DNA of 64,000 nt from Octopus sinensis. Its lineage: Eukaryota. Every line of letters begins with the position of its first letter. The stretch's first letter is position 1. Shown here piece by piece: positions 1 to 12,095 of this stretch. The notes beneath the pieces are model-generated. The model was not told where the DNA came from. It saw only the letters and a list, made by a program, of their open reading frames with translations, and ran no database searches. The translations under genes were made by a program, and so were the position numbers. The stretch covers positions 52,402,464 through 52,466,463 of the forward strand of contig NC_043011.1 of assembly GCF_006345805.1 (NCBI RefSeq), read 5' to 3'.

Positions 1-1273
1 CACCAACTTTTCATTCTCATGACACAAAATATATTCCACAATATGGAATTCGTTCGTTAACGACGCAGAACATCACAAGTTTCCTCGGATTCCACTTACC
101 GTCTGATTAAGTTGTTGAAACAGTTATATATAACAACTAACGAATCCGTAGAAATTCCATGATTTATCAATTTTCTTCTTTCTATTTTGATACATAAAAT
201 AAATTTACAAGAACTCCATAGCATTGTTTCATTATGTTAGAGATTGCAATTTTGTCTTCGATTTCGTTGCACTTTTAAGGTTGATTTTAAAACGTATAAC
301 ATTTTAGAAATACAAACGCCATGACCAAACCGAAGAATATGAATAACAGATGACAAATCTACACAGTTTGGTGTCACCGAATCGTAGTTTTGAAGTATTT
401 CATTCACAAGGAACCAACGAGAGAAAACTAATTGAAATCTAGTAGAAATTCACCCATTCCTAACAGTTTGTTTAGATATAAAGCCGACAGCAATCTTAAT
501 GAGGTGGACTTTGATATGGAAATGCAGTGGACCTGGGTGGGAGGAAATGTCATGGACACTGATTAATGTTAGTGAACACGAACTATAGAAAACATTTCAA
601 TGACGGTGGATTTATTTTTTAGGAAGCCCGTTGGTTCCGTTGGTTCTTAACTGACCTCCCTTATGACAAGTGTGTATATGTGTGTGTAAATACTGGTGTC
701 TTGCTCCTTTAGTCCGCGGTGGTAAGCTTAAAACATTGCGTAAGCCTTAAGATTAATGACACAGGTGAAACAGTGCGTAACAGAGGAAACTAGTGATGGT
801 GATATATATATATATATATATATATAGATTTCGGCTAAACTAGCTAAATTCTGGGGGTGATTTTCACTCGTTGGTTCAATATGAATTTAACTCCTCTAAA
901 CTACTGTTATTTTATTGTAGAAATATGAAGTTTATACAACAAAAAATATAATATTTCAGACAGCAGAAATTAATTATTTCATCAACCTCAACACAATGTA
1001 AACATTAAATAATATTATTGTAATGAATATTAATCAGCAGAATTAAATGTTTATATAATTAAACATAACAATGAGCCACATTTATGGTACTTGATAAACA
1101 AAATCCACACCTTAAATTATTCCTTGTTCAGGTAGAAAACACTGAATTAACGCACCGAAAACATGAAATAAAACAGTATCTTGTACAGATGTGACAAATA
1201 TTGGAATTATCAGCCTCGGGAAATTGTTTAAATACTGTATTGGAGAAATCCTGTCGGTGTTGTTCCGCTCTTT

Positions 1274-1945
1274 TCATACAGGTAGGGTTTTCTCGGCTGT
1301 CTTTGAAGCTGCCGCATAAAACAGTTTGGAGAAGAATTTCAGTCCAGATTGTCCACCTGGAATGTAACTGACAACGAACCAAACCAGAGTAATGACCTGA
1401 CCTGTAGCAAAAATCACCGTTAACATGGTATATTTTAACCAGACTGCGAAGTAAAGAGTTCCGAACAATGTTGTGAAGTACATGCATGTGAATGGGAGCC
1501 GACCAGCGGAAAATAAGTGGCGAAGATGATTTACGGGTCCCCAAAGGAGTGAGAAGCTCATTAAGAAAAACAGACTCCCGAATGTAAATAACAGGGAGAA
1601 TTTTCTGGCCCTCAGAACAATCAAAGGAATGTAGAGGAATGAGAGAGAGAAGAAAAGAGTACCCATCAGAAGAAAGGTAACAAAGCCAAGGATCCTCTGT
1701 TTTTTGGTGAGTGACGGCAGCAAGGGGTCCGACTGCGCTTTGGTGAACCAACTGTTGGCATCGGTGGCCTCACCGTTACGCTCTCCAGCACCCGATCGAC
1801 TAAATAAGTATTTGAAGCCATTTTTAAGGGAACTCGATTCACTTGTGTTTACATTTTCTTCGTTTTTATCAAACGAAGAACTCATCATAATACTGCTGGA
1901 AGATCGAGACAGATACTCTTTTAAATCCTTGCCGAGGTCTGCCAT
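1274..1945 (-). CDS. SFT2D3: Vesicle transport protein SFT2C-like (Got1/Sft2 family), single coding exon, 223 aa
   Basis: Uninterrupted ORF from MADLGKDLKEYL to EKTLPV. It has the family motif PSLTKKQRILGF followed by four hydrophobic segments (ARKFSLLFTFGS, WGPVNHLRHLFS, YIPGGQSGLKFF). A long N-terminus and an intronless CDS fit SFT2D3 better than SFT2D1/2. Confidence 0.9.
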   Translation of the reverse strand: MADLGKDLKEYLSRSSSSIMMSSSFDKNEENVNTSESSSLKNGFKYLFSRSGAGERNGEATDANSWFTKAQSDPLLPSLTKKQRILGFVTFLLMGTLFFSLSFLYIPLIVLRARKFSLLFTFGSLFFLMSFSLLWGPVNHLRHLFSAGRLPFTCMYFTTLFGTLYFAVWLKYTMLTVIFATGQVITLVWFVVSYIPGGQSGLKFFSKLFYAAASKTAEKTLPV

Positions 1946-2041
1946 GTTGTCAAAGTTTCAAGGGAGACAATCACTAACTTCCACTCAACGGTGCTCTATC
2001 AACAAAGCATATTTAGACCGCAAGTTTATGGTGTCTGCTAT

Positions 2042-2208
2042 TATATTAATAATAATGAAATTATTGTATACAGTGCTCAGGTGCACCACAACTTGTCAGA
2101 AAGTGCATATAAAGTACATGCAGTAATGTAGAAATGTCTGGAAAGCGAACAATGTATGAGTCAGATACATGCTTGTGTGTGTATGGAGGGGAGAAAATCA
2201 AGTGTAGC
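2042..2208 (-). mobile_element. CR1 3' UTR remnant upstream of SFT2D3
   Basis: Matches 51470-51635 (TTATTGTATACAGTGC.CAGGTGCACCACAAC...). Confidence 0.8.
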
Positions 2209-2989
2209 CCTAGGTCAGCTCTGATCCAGCTAACCTTATTATCAAAGACGATTCAGTCGTCACAAGTTCATTTTCTTTTCCTTTGGTATATCGGGATTTA
2301 TAGTATTCTTTCAAGACAGGTGGCTGTATATATGATTGAAATATAGTCGAGCGATCGCGAAGAGCTTCCTTTGTGGGGGTCAAGTATTTGCTACTTAAAT
2401 TGTTGTAGATTCCCATAAATGCAAGACATTTTCACACACCTAATAAATATATCTTTTATAAAGAGAATATTATGGAATATTTCTAAACATTTTAAGCAAT
2501 AAGAGACCAAATAAAACTACACTATTGACAACATAATGTTACCTTTTATTCTTTGATCCTCGGTTAAATGAGCAGAAGCAACGTTGTATGCTTTTCTTTT
2601 TACTTTCCAGTTTTCACAACAAAAACTAACAGTGTCTTGATAAAATATCGTCATTGAATAACTTAGTGGGTTTTGTATAATTACAGCTAGTTCTAACCCA
2701 ACAATAAATCCTCTTTCTGGTTAAATAAATGCTTTGTCAGATCACTTTGCAATCTATTTGGTTATTTGTTCAATTACTCATTCGCCTTCTTTCATCATTG
2801 TTACCAGTATAGTCTTTTGTCTTCTTTGTATATGTATCTTCTTATCTGAGTATCTTTCTATTTGTCCATCATACTGTCTTACATCTGTCTGTCGGAATGT
2901 CTTTCCACCTGTCTGTATTCATTCATTTCCCTATACCAAAGTTCAAGTAAGGTAATACAAACAACAAGAATAAAACTATACATGTAGAT

Positions 2990-3053
2990 CTCTCTCTCTC
3001 TCTCTTTCTTTCAGTCCGTCCGTCCGTCCGTCCATCCGTCCATCCGTCCATCC

Positions 3054-3128
<75 letters not shown>

Positions 3129-3145
3129 CATCCATCTATCTATCA
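2990..3145. repeat. Compound microsatellite (CT)n/(GTCC)n/(CCAT)n/(CTAT)n
   Basis: Seen directly. Confidence 0.95.
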
Positions 3146-3541
3146 ATGCATGTATCCAGGCTATCTCAACACTACTATAGGCCCTCAAGTGTCACAATAC
3201 ATTGAGTCCCTGACATATACAACTACTACATTGACTAATTAGTGTTGAGCCCCCTAGACATGTAGGGCTCCTGGGAAACTGGCCTGTGTTACCATACCTT
3301 AACCATTTTAGCGTTAAACTGGCCATACCTGGCCCACATATTCTATCTGTTTCATGTTCAAACTGGCCTGTCACAGCTATCCAGTTATGTCATTCTAAAA
3401 GTATTGAAGCAGATCATTGAAATCTTGAGGCTATGAGGTAATGTATGATTAATTCAAAACAGCATGCTAAAATGTTAAGATATTACTTCCTGAGTCTTTT
3501 GTAGCCAGTACTGAGAGATATGCTGTAGATATCTCTTATAG

Positions 3542-3900
3542 CAGTGGTTCTGAAACTGGGGTCCATGATCCCCTAAGGGACCGTGAAGGGACACTGAAGT
3601 ATCTTGAAAACTGGTGGCTTGAGACAACTAAGTTTTAAAATTTCTGGACTTTTAATTTTTCACATGCTATCTGTACAACAAGTGTGATTGACTGATGGAA
3701 AATATGTGAGTATAATGGTTGATTGTGCATGTTGATAAGCATGTCCAAATGAAACGCGCAACTCACCAGCTTTCGTTTTTGGTTGAAATAATGAACGATA
3801 GGAATCTAAGGGATTACAGGACTAGGTATGTGACATTAGCTCAGGTTAAAGTGTTCAAGAAGCTGTGAGCAGTTATCCTTCATCTATAGACAGAATGTTT
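3542..3900 (+). mobile_element. hAT-type terminus or MITE fragment
   Basis: Begins CAGTGGTTCTGAAACTGGGGTCC, a Charlie/Buster-type TIR. Confidence 0.45.
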
Positions 3901-4393
3901 CTCAATAGGCAGAATGATTACAATGTACATATATCTATGATATCTGTAAGTATGAATGATATCTATACATGCAAGCATGGCTGTGGTTAAGAAATTAGCC
4001 TTGAAACAATGTCATGTCGGCTTCAGTTCCACTCCACAGCACTTTGGGCAAATACCTTCAACTATTGCCCTAATCTGACCAGTACCCTGTGAGTGAATTT
4101 AGTAGGTGGAAACTGTGCAGAAGACTATCATGTATATGTGTGCATGCACACACACACATGTGCATAAGTGTGTGTGTGTGTGCATGCTTCTGTGTGTTTT
4201 TTATTGCTTTCTCTCCATAATGTTTTGCCCCTGTAACTAAGCAAGCAGTTCAACAAAACAGAGGTCAGAAGAATAAATACCAGACATTAAAATTACATGT
4301 CAGAGTTGACTTGATCAACTAAATCATTTATAGTGGTGCTCCAGTTTGGCCACAGTAAAATGACTGAAACCAGTAAAGTAATATATCTATAAG

Positions 4394-5520
4394 ACACTGG
4401 TTCTCAAACTTTTCAAAAAATTTTACATGCCAGTCCCCTAAAGGTTCTTTCGTTGATTCGCAGTCCCCTATTAAATGTAAGATAATTAACACGGAAAAAA
4501 TGACATACATTTGTGTAACATAATTTCTGGACTTTGAACCACACTGCCCAAAGACCCACAATCCCAAAAACCACAACTTAATCCACGCAATACTGCATTG
4601 TGATACAATAAATACAAATGAAAATATGGGAAATCAGTTGATCAATTGGATACAAAACAAATGAGAAACGAAAACAGTTCGAAATTATCTCCAGCATTCA
4701 GTATTAACAACTGCATAAGACCTATTTATACCCATTTGGTAGAAAGAAACCACGGGTCATACATCGAAAACTACTGTATACATAGGTACATAACCGTGGT
4801 TCTTGAGCTTTTGGCATCGCCTTCCCCTTTCACCATATTTGGGATGCTATTCCTCCCCCATTATCAGGTCATTCCTCATATTGATTGTCCAAAAGGAGTA
4901 TTTCAACCAATTTAGCTATTTTCAGCAGAAGAATTTTAATAGCAACCTAAAATGTACAGAAATTTCTGCCAATTGGACCACTAGGATGCACGGAAAACCA
5001 CAATTTTAGTAGAAACACCATCTTCTCCTCCTCCCCTGAAGGTTTGCCGTCCATTTTACTGAATTTATATGAGAAATTATTTATTCACAAATGCAGACCA
5101 TCTGTCATTTTATTTACAGCAAAGTAACCAGCTCTTCTGAGTTCGGCTCTGTTCTGGAGAAAGCAACCATCATTTCTGAAGTGACATCCAGTTGATTTTG
5201 TGACTTAGTTTTGATGGCAAAGAAAGTGGAAAACGTGGTCTCACACTCATAGGTAGTTGGAAATGGCATCAATAGTTTAAGAGAGATCTTCACAACATCA
5301 AGATATGACTGTGCCATTTCAATCCAAAAGTTAGAACAGCTCATTTCACAGAAAAAACATTTTGCACCTCGATCATTGGCCAAATCAATGAACTGTTCTT
5401 GAATTAAATTGTCTTCTGTTGGTAAATTGCTAACATCGAATACAAAGGGGTTCCTGATAAAGCAGAAGTATTTGAAACAAAGGCAATGTATTTCAACAGA
5501 AACATAGGGAAACAAAAAGG
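4394..5520 (-). mobile_element. hAT (Buster/Charlie-like) transposon 3' remnant
   Basis: C-terminal dimerisation motif LLMPFPTTYECETTFS..IKTK.QNQLDV; terminus CACTGGTTCTCAAAC at 4394. Confidence 0.75.
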
Positions 5521-6475
5521 AGTGGGGGACTAATTAATTTTTTTATGTTTGAAAATTTGGGGGAAAAGTGCATTTTCTACACAAATGATATGGTATAGGA
5601 AAACATTTATTTTGGTACTCTATTGTTTCTTCACCATGTTCTTAAAAATGGTTACAAATTTTGGCACAAGACCAGCAATTTGGGGAGAGGGAAATAGTCA
5701 ATTACACTGACCCCAGTACTTAACCGGTACTTATTTTATCAGCCCTGAAAGGATGAAAGACAAAGTGGACCTTGGTGGAATTTGCACTCAGAATGTAAAT
5801 ATGGACAAAATACCACTAAGCATTTTTTTTCCCAGAGTGCTAACGATTCTGCTAGCTCACTGCCTTATATGTTCTTAACGATAAAAGGAAATAATGAGGG
5901 ACTCTCTGTGCAGTCGCTCAAATTAATAGAATTAGCAGTGAAATCTCCTTCAGTATCACACCTTCCTGCCTTAGAGACAGAAAGAACACATGAGATAATA
6001 ATGTACAAAAAGACAGATTGTTTACTTCAGGAATGTTTTTGAATCTTTGATCATAAGTCTACTTTAAGAAATGTTGATCTGATGAGTGGAGAAGGTAAAG
6101 ATGATCAGCAAGTAAATGTATCATCAGTAATACTACTTGTTTCACTGACAAGAACATGGAAACAGGAGAAAAAACTCCAGTCTTAGTTACCAACAGAAAT
6201 AAGGTGTAAAAAGTGCTTGGAACTAACAGTGGGAGACTAAGGAGAAACAGGAGTTACACTGAAACACTAGTATGCAACCCTTACATTTAAATCCATTGAA
6301 GACAAAGTTTTTAATCCAGCACAACAAGCTTACAAGACAAGTGGCTATTTTCAGTGGTAACCTGTACTTCCCCATGATATGGTTAGAAAGTCAGTTATAT
6401 AGACAGCTAGTTTGTGTGTATGTGTGTGAATATATATGTGTGTGTGTGTGGTGTGTGTGTGTGTGTGTATGTGTG

Positions 6476-6507
<32 letters not shown>

Positions 6508-6509
6508 TA

Positions 6510-7165
6510 TGCATATGGACGAGGACAGCTGCATAAAGAAGTGCCAATCCTGCATATGGGTAGGGATAGCAGTGCAAAGAAGTGTCAGTTCCTAACTGTG
6601 GAGGGAACCAGTGGAAGAGGTAGACTCAAGAAGACACAGGATGAGGTGGTAAAGTATGATCTTCAGATGTTGGGCCACACAGAGGTGATGACAAATGATT
6701 GAGATTTTTGGTGGTTTGCTGTGCTTGAGAAGACTCTTCATGCCAAATGAAATCGTAGTCATGGACAGTGCCAGTGACGCGTAAAAGGGTTAAGGCATGG
6801 TAACACAGGCCAGTTTCCCAGGAGCCCTACATGTCTGGGGGCTCAATACTAATTAGTCTATGTAGTAGTTGTGTATGTCAGAGACTCAATGTATTGAGAT
6901 GCTTGAGGGCCTATAGTAGTGTGATGGTAATAATAATGTACAAAGGCAACCATGACAGTGACACATAAAAGGCATCCGTGATGGCAACACATAGAAGGCA
7001 CCCACTACACTCTTGGAATGGTTGGCATTAGGAAGGATATCCAACCGTAGAAACCAAGCCAAAATCTGACTGGAGTCTCTGATACAGCTCTCTGGTTTAC
7101 AAGTTCCATTCGGATCATCTAACCCATGCCAGCATAGAAAATGGACACTAAATGATGATGATATA
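6510..7165 (+). mobile_element. RTE-clade LINE 3' end with 3' UTR, interrupted by a 135-bp insert
   Basis: MDEDSCIKKC / TVEGTSGRGR.KKT..EVVK.DL..LG.TE.MT.D; ends with AAATGATGATGAT. Confidence 0.7.
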
Positions 7166-7689
7166 TATATGTTTATGTGTGTGTGTGTATGTATGTGATT
7201 ACTTACAGATAATTAAATAGACATACACTTATCCAGACATACTTATATAGATAAACAGTTATATAGACAGGCTGTTAAATATGCAGACTGTTATATAGAT
7301 AGATAGTTAGTTATCAAGACATACAGTTATATAGACAGAGAGATAGTTGTGCAAACATGAGTTAGTTATATTGACTGAGATAGTTAATTATACGCAATTA
7401 CAGCCAGAAAGTATTGCTTGACTGATCAGGCTTGACTTGGGGCTAAACAACAACAAAATCTGGTTTCATCAAGAAATTAGAACTGTTTGCAAGCATAATT
7501 CAAAATAATTCAAAACATTTAAATTTAAAGAACCGTTGAAAAAATTATCTGCTCGTATGAACCTATGGCAAACCAGTTGGAAATCTGCAACTGACGATGC
7601 TATTGTTCACAACTACATAGCATTAGAAAAATGATTTAAAAAATGATAAAAAAATTGTTATATTTATTTGTTTATTCAGGATGTAAATA

Positions 7690-7881
7690 ATTACCAAGGG
7701 AAATAACTACAGTTGTATGTGCAAGGTTTGCCCTAGTAACAGGCTGACTGTTGCTTAACAACTCGCACCTGTACATGTTTATGTATATATGTGTGTCTGT
7801 GTGTTGAGACTTCTTTCGGTACAGCCTTATCATTTGGGACTTCGGAAGTAACTTGGTTGGTGAGTTCTTGTCAAAGTAAGT
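7690..7881 (+). promoter_or_regulatory. Candidate NEK10 promoter and first non-coding exon with RFX X-box-like motifs
   Basis: GTTGCTTAACAAC (7750-7762), TTTGCCCTAGTAAC (7727-7740) and ATTACCAAGGGAAAT (7690-7704), followed by donors GTGAGT (7860) and GTAAGT (7876) and a locally CpG-enriched stretch to about 8470. Confidence 0.4.
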
Positions 7882-9751
7882 GCCTTAAATCATCTTAATT
7901 AATATTTCATTAATTATGTAATATATCGAAACAAGATAAGGCCTTAGATAATTTTAGCGAGCACTCTCACTATAATATCAGTTGAGAGCTTTGCAACGTA
8001 CTCGTATTAACGCTTGCATGCACTTAAAGAGATACCCGTTCACACACGTGTAAGGGTATCTTTATCTCCATTTCCTGCTACTCGTGTGTAAAATATACAA
8101 ACTTATTTGTAGACTTTTTTCTTCTAACATATATGTAACTGTACGCTCGAATATCTACAAATTTCGCAACTGTCGCCCAACACCCACGCTCGCATGGATG
8201 GTGCACACTTCTGAAGTTATGGTATATATATATATTAATAAATAAAATAAAATATATGCATATATATATATATAATCTGTTCCCGTAGTTGCACTGACGC
8301 TATTTCGATTGTGGGACATAATGCGTGTGTTGTTATTTGACTGCTAAATTGTCAAACTGGTCGCCGTTCCGTAATCCTTATTACTACGATACTGCCTCCA
8401 CCTTCACTATGAAAGTTCTACTGTTCTATTCCAGCTTAACTAAACTTCACCACCAGATCGTTGTGTCTGTAATGGCATCTCTGTGTTTCTCCCTTTTACC
8501 AATTTCTATAGTAATCTGTAGAATTCTAGAAGACTAGAGATAAGTCAGAGTACATCGGCAAGAATCAGCATCGTATCAGATTCGAGGCAACCTAACTAAT
8601 ATATCCACACCCTCTTCTCTACAAATGAATTCAATTGTTTATGAGAAGGATATTTCTGACTTGGCAATCTTCAAAAACAGTTTCTTTGACTCGTTTTTTG
8701 ACAAACCGTTCTGTTCTCAAGACAGTGCTAATGTATCCTTATATCCTGTACCTTTTTATTCCTTTTCGAAATTAAACATGACAAATGCAAATATGAACTT
8801 TTTTCTTTTATTTACTGAAAAATGAAATGAAATTAGATACTCTGTATATACTAAACAATGTGTAATTATCGTTTATTTACAGAATGGATATCGTATGTAT
8901 GTATATACATACACGCATACATGTGTGTATGTATGCACAAATATGTATACGTAAGTGTGTGTGTGTGTGTGTGTATATATATACATATATATAAGCGCAG
9001 GAGTGGCTGTGTGGTAAGTAGCTTGCTTACCAACCACATGGTTCCGAGTTCAGTCCCACTGTGTGGCACCTTGGGCAAGTGTCTTCTGTTATAGCCTCAG
9101 GCTGACCAAAGCTTTGTGATTGAATTTGGTAGGTGGAAGTTATCATATGTGTAAGTGCTTGTGCCTCCTAACACACACACACAAAATAGGTGGGAAGATA
9201 TATACACACATACACATATTTTTTGCTATTACCATCAGGTTCTGCAAATGCATTGAAGCTTCTTTGCTTGATTGACTGGTTATTGTTGTTATTAAATCCC
9301 AGCTCAGTTCTGTTTGCGCGAATTGTGATAAAAAATTTCCACTTATAACCATTTTGTATTTTTATGCAAGTATAATGTAACCCAGTTTACATTATCCAAT
9401 GTGCCCTTCCTTCTTCTCTTTTTTAAGACCATAGTGTGCAATTTCACTGAGGTATAGCTTCTCTTTCTTGCAGGTTGATAAGTCCTTCCTTCCTTTTTTT
9501 TTCTTTTTTTTTAAGGATCATATTCTACAATTTCAAGGAGTTATAGCTTCTCTTTCCCACAAGTTGTCTACATCATTGGCAATGTTGTACATTTTCTGAA
9601 ACGTTTGCTAAAATTTATTACTATTTCTTAATTTGCAGTGAATTAAATAAAGAGATTGACTATTTCCCATATTGCAATCTTTGATCAGAAGGTAATGGCT
9701 GAGATGGTGGTTTGATCTTCGATTGCTGTTGGTGTTTTGCATCCTCAAGAA

Positions 9752-9789
9752 ATGTCGACATCCAAACGCAGTACAACAACTTCTGAAAG
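9752..9789 (+). CDS. NEK10: NEK10 exon 1 (putative start, [12 protein letters not shown])
   Basis: ATG at 9752 and donor AG|GTTTGT; the phase-2 end fits exon 2. There is little sequence homology to support it. Confidence 0.55.
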
Positions 9790-9922
9790 GTTTGTACTTG
9801 TTTACAGTTGGATAGCCACTTATTAATTCTTTGTACATGCCTATATTATTCATGATATAAATCTACTGTTATTATCAGAAATGTATAACTCTGTGTACAT
9901 CCATTTTTTAACAGAAATATTC

Positions 9923-9972
<50 letters not shown>

Positions 9973-10673
9973 AAATAAGAAAATGGAGAAATACATCGAA
10001 ATCAAATATATTTCTCCATTTTCTTATTTTGTATTATGAATTTGTGGTAAAACATTTTACCTTTGCCCATATAATACAATAAATGAATTAATTGTATCGC
10101 AATTCTTAACATTTATGTATTAACTTTGTTGGGTACCCCACTAGCAGTATATTGGATATATTGTATCCCATGGTGGGTTGCATTTACAACCCCTATCTCA
10201 ATTTATATATATATATATATATCACAGAAACAAGTGAAAGATATAAAAATATATATGTCTCATCAGCATCATAATGTCCACCTTTCCCTGGTTTGTGAGT
10301 ATCAGGTGGAGTTAATTGAGATAGGTTTTCTGTGTTCAGATGCCCTACATGACAGCAACCCTAACTTGATTCCATCAAGTTAACATTTTGTCATAGCCTG
10401 AAATGTTTCCGCATACACAAGCACACATACATGTGTGAGTGTGTATGGCAGCTGATGATAGGTATACACACTTGTTGTGCTTGATTGTGAATTTCTTATT
10501 TCTTAATCTCATTATTCTGAGTTGTCCCTTTTAATAAATTGAAAAGTGCTTGTGGATAAATTGTTAGGATCACTTATGCTGGTATTGTTTGGTTGTCTTC
10601 ATAGGCAATTTAATTAGGCTTAGATAATGCTTAAATATTGGTGTCTAGCTTTGTGAGGTTCTGTAGCATAAAT

Positions 10674-10760
<87 letters not shown>

Positions 10761-12060
10761 CACATACATATATACACACACACACATCAGCAAAACGCAA
10801 TGGACGGTACTGAGTTGTCAAACATTTAAACCAAATTTTCTCAAAACAACTTGTCCGACTGTCCCATAGGCCTCCCCTTTGAGAAACACTGACTTAACCT
10901 AAATTTGAGACACCAGCAAAAGAAGAAATAAAGATAGGCTTTTTTCTATTCCAAACAAAAACGATTTTGTTCACACAAATATGCAACCGAAGAGTTTAAA
11001 GTACCAGTAATGGATAAGGCTGTTCACTGGGAGAACACAAACATGGTTTAAACAGTAAGCTTGTCAGGAAAGAAACGTGCCTTTAAGCAGTACAAAAACA
11101 AAAAAAAAGGAAGGTGCAGTTATGTACAGGTTGACAGAAGAAAAGCAGGTCAAAAACGGCTTTATCGATTGCATTCTCACCTGGAATCAATTTTTGTAAT
11201 CTTTTCAAGGCTCTGATACCATCGGTATCTACATATCAAATTTGAGCGCAATCAGATGGAGGATGCCCAAGATCCTAGAAGACACACACACAGATGGATT
11301 TTATTTAATAGATATATACTTCGTTTTGGGATTTGGTTTGCAAGATTTTTTTATGTGAGTTCGTGTGTTGAAGCATATTTTGTTGTGTCTGGGGAGAGTC
11401 ATTCTCTTTCACTGCCTTAATATTTAACACACTACACTCACCAGTAAAGTTTCCACTCATTTACTTATTTATCTTTTTTTTACTAAAATTTTTGTTACAT
11501 CTTGCAACCTTTTTAATAGTTGTTGACTCTTGAAATGACTTTTGAAAAGGTTGCAAGACACAATGAAAATTTTTGGAAAAATAAATAAGTAAATGAGTGG
11601 AAACTTTACCAGTGAGTGTGTTAAATAATAAAGCACTAAAAGAGAAAGACTCTCCCCAGACACAACTATATATATATATATATATATATATATTAATAGT
11701 TATCGCCATACTAATATGGTAGTCTATAAATATAAGACTAAAGCTGTCGCTGATTAGCTCCAAGAGGCCATCGCCTCTAGCTAGCTATTTGACACACGAA
11801 CCTGCGTCCATTACAAACCTTCGAACAGGGGAGGTCAGCCACTTCACCTTGCTAGTCAGACATCTGCAGACATGTTTCAGGGTTGTTGCCCTTTATCAAT
11901 GCAGCGTAGTCAGACCTGCAGGTGTCGCTACTGACCGTCTGTTCGAAGATTTTATTTACCTAGTTACAGTGGAATACATCCACTTGTTTTCAATAATAGA
12001 AATATTAAAATTACTAAGTCTCTCTAAAGGAGATTATGGCAGCGTTACTGGATATTAATA

Positions 12061-12095
<35 letters not shown>

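Noticed and set aside
1128-2126. ORFs 1128-1751 (-, 207 aa) and 1704-2126 (+, 140 aa)
   Set aside because: Shadow frames of the SFT2D3 CDS with no recognisable motifs.
7805-7845. Minus-strand ATGATAA-GG..CC-GAAA motif
   Set aside because: Position 3 is wrong and stems I and III do not pair; it is probably chance.
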